A stretch of 63,991 bases of DNA, filler included, from Conidiobolus incongruus B7586 (Eukaryota), in the NCBI GenBank assembly GCA_000697335.1. It is 11 parts of 11 records of this genome, joined end to end, with 100 filler letters (N's around TTAATTAATTAA, not from the genome) between each part and the next. Parts side by side here need not be neighbours in the genome. Positions count along the whole stretch, not along the records: positions 48,388 to 56,542 come from JNEM01006561.1; positions 56,643 to 58,044 come from JNEM01006562.1; positions 58,145 to 59,364 come from JNEM01006564.1; positions 59,465 to 61,332 come from JNEM01006567.1; positions 61,433 to 63,991 come from JNEM01006579.1; 6 more parts are not named here. One strand, 5' to 3'. The notes beneath the pieces are model-generated. The model saw only the letters and a program-made list of their open reading frames with translations, did no database searches and was not told where the DNA came from. Numbering within the stretch: position 1 is the stretch's first letter; each line of letters begins with the position of its first letter. A program made the translations under genes and the position numbers. Below, piece by piece: positions 53,472 through 63,991 of this stretch.

Positions 53472-56400
53472 AACTCACGCATAAACCTTACCACACAGCC
53501 AAATTCATTCTCCCCATATCAAACTCCCTGACCAAGTACAAAATCCGACTTGGTTTATCATTTTTCTATTTACCTCAAATTGGCAACTCTATTTTTTACT
53601 AATAATTGTAATATCAATGCCCCTAATTTTTAATACTTTAATTATTAATAATCATTCATTTAATAATAATAATAATAATAATAAATAATTCTATCAAATT
53701 TACTCTAAGTTTTAATTACATTTATTCTTAAAATTATACTTATTTATTTTTTTGAATAATAATTATTAAGTTGAAAAAATTTTATTAAATTTTTTTGAAT
53801 TAATACTAATATATTTTTTTTTCATATTAAAATTTTACTAATACTTAATAATATTAGTGTGAATTTGAATAATTAATTAATATTATAAATTGAACTTGTT
53901 TGATAAGCTATACTTGTAAGATAATAGATTCAATGATAAATAGATATACGGTTAATCCCTTAATTAACAAACCTTTATTATTGAATCAATAATAAGCAAT
54001 ATTGATAATTTTTATATCAATTTGCATTATTTTATTTATTATATATACTTTTATACTAATAAATAAAATTGAGGTTTAATTTAAATAACTTAATTTTATC
54101 GGAATTTTTATCGAATTATATCTTTTAAAAATTTTTTTTTATTTTCTTATCAATAAATTTACATAATATTAATTAACTAAATATTGATGCTAATATAAAT
54201 ATTTATAGGTATTATCTAAAGCTAATATTAAATGCAGTGAATATCCAATTTATGCTAGTTTAAATATTATTATACTTGTCAATAGATTAATACCCAATAA
54301 TATTAAAATTATAGCATTAGTGAAATAATAATAAATGAAAAGAAAAACCAAAAATAGTATTTTTGCCAAGTTAATAATATATTACAATCAATTTTAATAT
54401 CTTTTAATCATAATTTTTTTTAATTTTTTAAGTGGTTTCTTAATCAAATTATAATTTTATTTTAAAATTTTCAAAGTTTTTAATAATAATTAGTGTGACT
54501 ATTATATTAGTTTAATGCTATTGTTTAGTTGAAGTTATAGTTTTGTATTACCAATATCTGCAGTGGTTTGTGATTGAAAGGAGTGATATATACCTTTTAT
54601 CAATATATCATAACCTTTTTGATAACTTTATTTAACGATATGTTCTTGGATTTTGTTTGATTAATTCAAAGGTCACAAATAAATTTAAGTTTAAAATTTT
54701 AAGGAAATTGTGTTAAAATTTAATTTGATACTTTATCAATAATTTGATTATCCATTGAAATTCTTATAATTTTCAAAAATAATTTATCAAACTAAATCAC
54801 TTTTATTAATGTGCAGCATCTTTATTACATGAGAATTTTAATGTTTACAAATTGTTTAATAAATTATTCAAGCTTATGATGTAATCGCATCTTAGGTTGT
54901 ATAATTTGAATTATTGATATTCTTTTATTTAAGATATTTATCAATATAATTTATTGCTTTTGAATACTGTTCTATTTATTTTTATTTATATTAACATATG
55001 TTTAATTGTATGCTATTGAACAACAATATAACTTTATTTTGACCATCATATATTCATAATCAATATATTAATATTTTTCATTGGCCTTAACGAGCTTTTG
55101 ATAATGTAGTTTTACTAAACTCCAGCCAAAAATTATCTCTTACTGCAAACACATATTGGCATAAAGTTGGTTGAGGCGAAGTCAATTTACAAACATTTAT
55201 ACTTAAGATTAGAATTATAAATACAGTACATAAAAACTTGAAAGATTAGGCTATTGTATCCGATATATTTCATTTACATTGCATTTTATTGTATTGTATA
55301 TAAATATTTCACCTAATATGTGAAACAATGAAATTTTGACAAAAAAACCTTAAATCCAATCTTTTGATTAATAAATAATCCAAATATATCAATATTAACC
55401 TATATTTGTATTCACCTCAATCAAATTATAAGCTTTTCATCACGAAAAAATCGATATATTATTTTTGTAATTAAAAAATAGAAAAAAAATTATTTAAAAT
55501 TAATTAAAATTAATTTAAAATGTACATAATTAGAATTATATTTAAATTTTATATTAAATAATATTTTATGTACTTTTTCATATTTTTGAATAAATAGAAA
55601 ATCACTCATTTGAATATTTTGTGTATAATATAATTATTTGATCATTTTAATTTTTTTTATTAAATTTTAATAACTACAGCTATAATCCAATCCATGAAAC
55701 ATAGCTCATTGTCCTAAACTGATGGTGGTAGGTTTATTTATATATAATTTCAAATATTAATATAACTACAGGGTATTGAGTTCAGCTCAATTAAAAGCAA
55801 AATGCTCAAATAGCACCAATACAACTAATCTGGAAAGATGAAGGTTTGGAGATTATATATTTTGAATCTAAAATATAATCAGATAATTATTAAAAATTCT
55901 TGGTCATTCATAGTTAAGGAAAATTGATATTTATATAGTTATGTTTAAGTAAAATTTTAAGGGTAATAAATAAATATTACCTTAATAATTTCGAGAATTT
56001 TAGATTATATTTTTTTTATTTTATCTAATTAAAGAGTCCAATTGATTATTCAATATAAATTAAGATATTGAAAAATAATCCTGGTATTAATTAAAATATT
56101 CAAAATTTTAAATTTTATATAATTTTAATTTTAAAATCAAAATAATAATAATAATTAAATTATTATTAATTAAAATCTAGTATTAAAATATTTTAAATTA
56201 AATAGAATCTATTCATTGAATATAATATATAGAATAATTCTTTCTAGGTTCATCAATCTATTTATGAATTAATTTATTATTTATCATATATTTAAAAATT
56301 TTCAAACAATAATTTTTTATAATTTAAATAATATTTTAATATTTTAAGCCTTTTTAATCAATGTAATATAATTTAATTAACACAATTTAGAAAATCTTGC

Positions 56401-56642
56401 TAGTTAAGTAAAGTCATTAAATATTTATATTTTTAATAATTTTAAATTTATTTTATATAAACTTAATATTTTTATTTTTTTTGATATTTATTCTACCGAA
56501 CATATATTAATTTAAATAAAATTAGAATTTTTAAATAATTTTNNNNNNNNNNNNNNNNNNNNNNNNNNNNNNNNNNNNNNNNNNNNTTAATTAATTAANN
56601 NNNNNNNNNNNNNNNNNNNNNNNNNNNNNNNNNNNNNNNNNN

Positions 56643-56758
56643 ATTTATTATAATAATTAACATTTACTTATTTATAAAATATCTATTTAAAAAGATTAAT
56701 AAAAAAGATTGACTTAATTTAATCTAAAATTTTGATTTATAATTTAATAAATATTATA
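56643..56758 (-). mobile_element. Internal mariner fragment hosting a Tc1 insertion
   Basis: Matches ~58695-58808 of the neighbouring mariner up to the TA at which the Tc1 end begins. Confidence 0.65.
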
Positions 56759-58044
56759 CACTAACCTGTAAAAATAAATTTTAAAATCAAAAACATTTAT
56801 ATTTCTACTAATAACTTAATTAATATTTAATAAAATAAACTTAAATTAAATAATTAACATCTATTATGTTTATTAATAATATATATCATTATATTATGAT
56901 ATTTAGCTATTAATTGGTTAAAATATAAATATTTAAATTTTACCTAAGGTGAGTTATAAATTTGTGGGTTTTTGGTGATAAAAAAAAATAAAACATAGTA
57001 TATCTACCTTTAGCTTTTCTAACTTCTTTAAGTTTGTAGGGTATAGAATCAACTAACTTCTTACACTAGGAAAGGTTAATCTTATTTTATATTTCTTAAA
57101 TATATTCCTAAAGTTGATTTAAATTTTTTACTAAAAGGAAAGCTTTAATAGCTTTTTTTAACTAATCCTAAAGGTGTTTAATTAGGTTAAGGTTAAGAGA
57201 TTAAAGAAGCTACTTTATAACTGTTATTTTGTTATTTTTAAGCTATTTGGTAATAGAAGCTATAATATAACAAAAAACATTTTCTTATTAGAAAATAACA
57301 TTAGATTTGTTTAACCTATACTATTCAATGGTTTTTTTCAATTCATTGTTTAGAATATTTTAGTATATTTTAGTATTAATTCCTTAATTAACTTTATAAA
57401 GATACTTTACACCTAAAAACAATATATATCCCTAAATAATAATTAACCTATTATTGTATTTTTGGGTAAAATTAACATAATAGTCACAAAGTAGTTTTGT
57501 ATCTTTTTTAAAACATCTAGCTTTTTTATTAGATTTACTAAAATATATTTTTATTTTATTAAACTAAATAACCTTATTCAAATTAGTTTTAGTTTAACAT
57601 TAGTGATGACATTTAAACTCCTACCTAGTTTTACAATGGGATTTCTTTAGTTAAAGGTGTTTTTGCTTGAAGTGTAAGTGGTATCTATGTTAACATAAAA
57701 TATATATAATAGTATTAGTGTTAACTAATATTCTTGTATAGTTTTATAGTTCCTGTTATATTTCTACAGTAATACTATATTTACCTATACTAACTAACTT
57801 ATAAATATACTTCTTATTATATTCATTTATAATCTTAACACACTTAAGTTTAAGATTAAATATGTTTTTATTGCTATTCTTAACAGCTTTAACTATAGTA
57901 AACTAGCTAACATTAGTAATTCTAGCAATATTATGAGTTGATTTACCTTTTTTATAAAGTTAATTAATACATAAATAGATTTTTTTAGAGAGGGATTTAA
58001 GTATAATAATACTAATAAAAAAAATTTAGTATATCTGTAAAATA
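56759..58044 (-). mobile_element. Tc1-family transposon, degenerate, runs into a gap
   Basis: TA|CACTAACCTGTAAAA end. Closely collinear with 15926-17210. Confidence 0.9.
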
Positions 58045-58178
58045 NNNNNNNNNNNNNNNNNNNNNNNNNNNNNNNNNNNNNNNNNNNNTTAATTAATTAA
58101 NNNNNNNNNNNNNNNNNNNNNNNNNNNNNNNNNNNNNNNNNNNNTATTATATTTATTAATTTATTTTTTAACTTTATA

Positions 58179-59364
58179 TTACTCTGTATTTTTAATAATG
58201 GGAATTTTTTGCAATTAAAAATAAATAAACATTTGAATATATAATATATAAAAATAAATATATAATATAAATTTAATAGTTTTTTTTATTATTAATAACT
58301 TTTTGCTATACTTTTAGCAAACTTCTAACATTTAAAAAACAGTTTTTTTATTAAATATTGAAATTTGATATTTCACAAACCAATTAAATTTTCCTATAGA
58401 AATTTTCTATCCTGTAAGCTAGTTTTTTAATTACCTAAAGCAATTATAATTACATAAGTTATAATCAAAGGAATATACTAGATGTGGTAGTTTTTTCTAG
58501 TTATTTTTAATTAAAAAGTTTTTTATAGCTTTAAATTTATGTATTTTGTAATTATCATATAAAATAATAAGTCTTCTCAAATTATATTGAGAATATTAAT
58601 TAGAAATATTTTTATTTAAAAAAGTAATATATAGTTTATTATTAATTAATTTTCTTTTAAGAACTAAATAAAAATAACATATACTATTATAATCTATTAC
58701 AATAATTAATATTTGCTTATTAACAAAATGTTTATTTAAAGGTATTTGTAAAGAAGGTTGATTTAGCTTAATCTAACATCTTGATTTGTGTTTTAATAAA
58801 AAATTATACATAGGGATTTAAAATTCATTAATTATAATTATTTGCTATAAAAGTTTAAGCTTCTAGTAATATTTTAATAGGTTTTATTTAGTAATAGCTA
58901 TTCTAGTTTTTTTTAAGCTTTAGTTAAATTATAAGGTATTTATTTTATATATTTATTTATTAATTTTAGTTTAAACTTTAAAATATATAAAATACTTGTA
59001 AAACTAATATTAAAATACTTAGATAATTCTCTAGTTAAAATAAAAAAGTGCATTTCAATATATTTTTTCACTCTATTTATAATTGAAAGAGTAATAGTTA
59101 AAGTTTGTTTTTTAGATTTTAACAAGTTTTAAATAGTTTCTTTTTTAGCTTTAAAATAATTTACCTAGCAATAAATTGTTGATTTAGATAATATTTCATT
59201 ATTAAAAGTTGCTTGTAAATTTAAAATAATTTTAGAGGGTTTATAGTTAAGTTTTATTAATACCAAAATAAAAAACTTTTAATGATTACTATTTAGTTTA
59301 AACATAATTAAATTAAACAACCAATTTTAAAAAGTTAATTTTTTAATCAAAAAAACTAATATAT
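58179..59364 (-). mobile_element. Mariner transposon, degenerate
   Basis: TA|TTACTCTG...ATGGGAATTT end. Minus-strand remnant *KKLPHLVYSFDYNLCNYNCFR*LK at ~58425-58500. Confidence 0.82.
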
Positions 59365-60139
59365 NNNNNNNNNNNNNNNNNNNNNNNNNNNNNNNNNNNN
59401 NNNNNNNNTTAATTAATTAANNNNNNNNNNNNNNNNNNNNNNNNNNNNNNNNNNNNNNNNNNNNATATTATATAATAAGGATATATATTGAATTTCAAAT
59501 TTATTCATTTTTAACTTGATATTGATAATTATTTTTAATTATAATTATGAAACTTTAAAGCTTAATTTATATATTATTATAATGAATAATTTGTTATTAT
59601 AATAAATAAATTTCATTTATGATGAATTTTGAGTATAATCTTTATATCACAATAATTAAAAATTATTTTGGAAATTTATTTTAATATGTTTCTTTATAAT
59701 AATTACAATCGATAATTCATACAAAGATATTTTATATATAAACTTTTTGTATTATTAAACTAATATGATTGACTTTAAAAAATTAGATATTAGATAGTTT
59801 AATTTAAGATTAATTCAAAAACAAAAGATCTTTTATTTTGATAACAAGTTTAATAATAACTAAATTATCAACTTTATATAATAGTAACTATTATTACATT
59901 TTCATTAATAAATTTTAATATTCAATTGGATTTTATTTATAAAATATCTGTCAATAAAAAAATACATTATTTAAATAATATTATATCATGATATAAGTTA
60001 AAATATATATATAAACCTTTTTGATATTTATTAAATATATTAAAAAACCCCAAAGTATAATATGACAAATTTTATTTACATTGATGAATATATTCAAATA
60101 AGATATAAATTATTTATCACAATTTAGCTATATTTATAT

Positions 60140-61332
60140 ATTAATATAAAAATTAAATATTGCCATAAATTTAAAATTAAAATTAAATAAATTAATTAAT
60201 AAATAAATTAATAAATAATATAAAATTAATAGTTTCTTTTATTATTATTAACTTTTTTCTATATTTTTGCTAAGCTTCTAATACTTAAAAAATAATTCTT
60301 TTTATTAAAAACTGAAATTTAATATTTCACAAACTAATTTAATTTGTTTGCAAGAATTTTTTTTCTTATAAGATGATTTTTTAATTATTTAAAATAATTA
60401 TGATAATATAAGTTATAGTCAAGTAAATATATTAGATATGGTAACTCTCTTTAGTTTTTTTATATAAAAAAATCTTTTATAATTTTAACTTTATATATTT
60501 TATAATTATTATATAAAATAATAAATGTCTTTAATTTATATTAAAAACACCATTTAAAAATTGCTTTATTTAAAAACATAATATATAATTTATTATTAAT
60601 TAATTTTCTTTAAAATATTAAATAAGAAAACTATATACTATTATAATCTATTATAATAATTAATATTTGCTAATATTTAAAATATTTATTTATTGGAATT
60701 TATAAAAAGGATTAATTTAGCTTAATTTAAGATTTTGTTTTATTTTAAAATAAAAGATTATATAAAAAAATTTAGGATTTATTAATTATAAGAATTTAAT
60801 ATAAAAAGCTTTGTTTTTAATTATATTTTAATAAGTTTAGTTTAGCTATATCTATATTAATTTTCTTTTAAGCTTATATTAAATTATAAAATATCTATTT
60901 TATATTTTTTTGACTAATTTAAGCTTAAACTTAAATATATATAATATTCTTATATAATTAATAATAAATTACTTTAATAATTCTTTAGTTAAAATAAAAA
61001 GATATTTTTTAATTTTTTTTATTTTATTAATAGGTAAAAAAATAATAATAAAAATTAATTTTTTAGATTTTAGTTAATTTTAAATAATATCTTTTTTAAC
61101 TTTAAAATCACAAATCTAGTTATATATAGCAGTTTTAGATAAAACATCATTTTTATAAACTATTTACAAATTTTAAATGATTTTAAAGAGTTTATGCTTA
61201 AGTTTTAAAGATATAAAAATAAAAGCCTTTTGATAATAATTATCTATTTAAATATAATTAAATTTAAATATAAATTTTAAAATCAAAATATTTTAATAAA
61301 AAAATAGTTAAAATTAAATATATATATATATA
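60140..61332 (-). mobile_element. Mariner transposon (second subfamily), degenerate
   Basis: Collinear with 17671-18870 and stops at a (TA)n tract next to a gap. Confidence 0.75.
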
Positions 61333-62134
61333 NNNNNNNNNNNNNNNNNNNNNNNNNNNNNNNNNNNNNNNNNNNNTTAATTAATTAANNNNNNNNNNNN
61401 NNNNNNNNNNNNNNNNNNNNNNNNNNNNNNNNAATTAATATTAATAAATATTAAAATTTTAATATTAAGTAATTAAAATAATTTAATTATATAATATAAT
61501 ATACTTATAAATTTATCTAATATTCGAAGTTTGATTAAAATATTATATTTTATTATAAAATAATCTATTCAATTATATAAATTGATTTTGGATAATATAA
61601 CATTGATATTAAGTATTTTAAAAATATTAAATTATTAAAATTAAGTTCATATATCAATTATAAGTTTTACAAATACTAAAGATATTGTCATATAAATTGA
61701 AAAAAATTAATATTCCAATAATTAAATCTTGAACAAAATAAAAAAATATTTGGTTCATAAAATAATTATATATTTTTTGCTTATTTTATATTTAAATAGT
61801 ATCAACTATTAATAAATTTGTTAAATCATTTGTATACATAGTTTTAAACTTATAAAAATTATTTATCAATTACTTGCATGAATTAAAATTACAAAATTAT
61901 AATTATTATTCATTATTAATAAAAATCATTTATATTAATTGAAAAATAATGTAAAGGAAGTTAAACTATTATATAATTGAATATATTGTTATCATATCTG
62001 ATATCTATTTATATATATTACAATTCGAAAAATATTGATATATTTCACCAAAATCAATTTATATTCTCTTACCTTAATATAATTGGTATTTTTACTTGGT
62101 CAAAATAAATTTTATTTTCTTTATCATCCCAACA

Positions 62135-62168
<34 letters not shown>

Positions 62169-63508
62169 CTCTTTGTCCTAATATACTAAAAAATATATTT
62201 TTTGAGCTATATTTCAAGTTAATTCAATATATTTAAAAAATTTGAATTATTTAAAAGTATATATTTAATTGAAATTATCATCAATATAGGTAAATTTTGT
62301 TTTATATATTAAAATTTTTATAGGGTATCAATAATAAATATTATTAAAGCTTTTATATAATATTATTATTAATAGTTATATTTACTCAAATAGATATATA
62401 TATATATTTAAATCCAATTATTCAGAATTTTTTTAAGGAATTTTTTGTAAATTTTATTTTAAAATAATTTCAAAATATATTTATTTTATATCTATTTAAA
62501 CTTAAAAATAGATTATTTAATAAATTAAAACGATATATCATTATAGTCTTATATATAGTAAAATTGATTATTTACTTATCAAATCTTAAATAAAATATTA
62601 AAACTAATGATATAATATTTGGTAAAAATACTTGAATCCAATTGTTAAATATTGATTATAAATAATAACAAGAATATTTATATAAAAAGAATCAAAATTT
62701 ATTTAACAAGTCTCCTTTCAAAATAATCAATTAAATATTTGATTAAGTGTAATTGAATATCTTTTATAGAAAATATTATATAGCTAAGTAAATAATTATT
62801 AATGAATATAAATTAAAGGATAAAATTATTATGACATAGTTATTCAAATTTTATGTTCATTAAACACAATGAAGATAATTTTCTAAATTAGTAACTATTA
62901 TTATTAAAAAAATATTTAATATAATTATAATTTGTAATATATATATATATATCATATTAACTAATTTATTTGAATTTCTATAAAAATTAAAATCTTTATA
63001 TAATTTTTTAGAATAATTTGTGCTTATATTGAATTATATAATATTTAATGATTTTTTAATCTTTTGATATATGGTTCTAATAGACTAAGTCACTGAATAA
63101 TTGGCAACGTTGAATTTGTCTAATATTTTATATATTAAATTTCAAAATTTATAATATTATAATATAAGTTGAATTTTTTATATATTAATATTCAAAATAA
63201 TTTCCAACTTTGATATAATATTATTTAGTTTGATAATAATATTCTATAAAATATAATAATTCTCTTAATAATTGATATATAAAATATTAAAACCTGGAAA
63301 CTCTTAAAGCAATTTTACCCTAATAAAATTAATTTTTAATATAAATAATTTAATATAACTTTATATTAATTTAATTACTTTTTAAAATTTAAAGTTATAA
63401 TGATTAAAAAATTGATTAATACTATATAAGCAAAATATAATTCAATTATCTTTTATAATATACTATTTATTTCAAATCTTGATAACATTTTAATTTATTT
63501 GATTAATA

Positions 63509-63991
63509 TTACCTTAAATTTGAAATTATGTGAAATTTTTTAATTTTGGATTTTTTAAATATATTATTAGTTTTAAATGAATATATATATAAAATAAATA
63601 GGAAATTGTATATTTTTAAATTATATATATATATATATAATATTTTTTTGATTAAAAAATTAACTTTTTAAAATTAATTATTTAATTTAATTATATTTAA
63701 ACTAAATAGTAATCATTAAAAGTGTTTTATTTTAGTAATAGTAAAACTTAACTATAAACTCTTTAAAATTATTTAGAATTTACAAGTAACTTTTAATAAT
63801 AAAATATTATCTAAATCAACTATTTTTTGTTAAATAAATCACTTTAAGGGTAAAAAAAAACTATTTAAAACTTATTAAAATTTAAAAAACTAACTTTAAT
63901 TATTACTTTTTTAATTATTAATAGAATAAAAAAATATATTGAATAATACCATTTTATTTTAATTAAAGAATTATTTAAATATTTTAATATT
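63509..63991 (+). mobile_element. Mariner transposon 5' part, continues beyond the window
   Basis: TA|TTACCTTAAATTTGAAATTATGTGAAATTT end, then collinear with 15485-15786. Confidence 0.72.

Noticed and set aside
55050..55200. Minus-strand fragment (CSKR*FLAG...KSSLRP) vaguely like a hAT dimerisation domain
   Set aside because: The similarity is too weak and no termini were found.

Overview
AT-rich eukaryotic genomic DNA with short (~50-60 nt) GT-AG introns. It is most likely an early-diverging fungus, possibly Entomophthorales/Conidiobolus-like; this is an inference from composition and gene content only. Ten 100-nt assembly spacers (N-TTAATTAATTAA-N) break the window. Genes: a spliced chorismate-lyase/DUF98-fold gene, an orphan multi-pass membrane protein, an EH-domain protein, the 3' end of LIS1/PAC1, a tandem cytochrome P450 array (4 apparently intact copies and 2 pseudogenes), a PH-domain protein, eRF1 (SUP45) and a Con7-like C2H2 factor. 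There is also a decayed PUS7/TruD gene and a degenerate tRNA-Arg(TCT) preceded by a hairpin-rich, LTR-like segment. Intergenic DNA holds many dead copies of two TA-targeting DNA transposon families: an IR/DR-type Tc1 and a mariner. These copies differ almost only by C>T/G>A transitions, often CpA>TpA, which is a RIP-like signature. An adjacent 334-bp solo LTR and the diverged P450 paralogs are untouched. This candidate repeat-mutating genome defence outside its well-known taxonomic range is the most notable observation.
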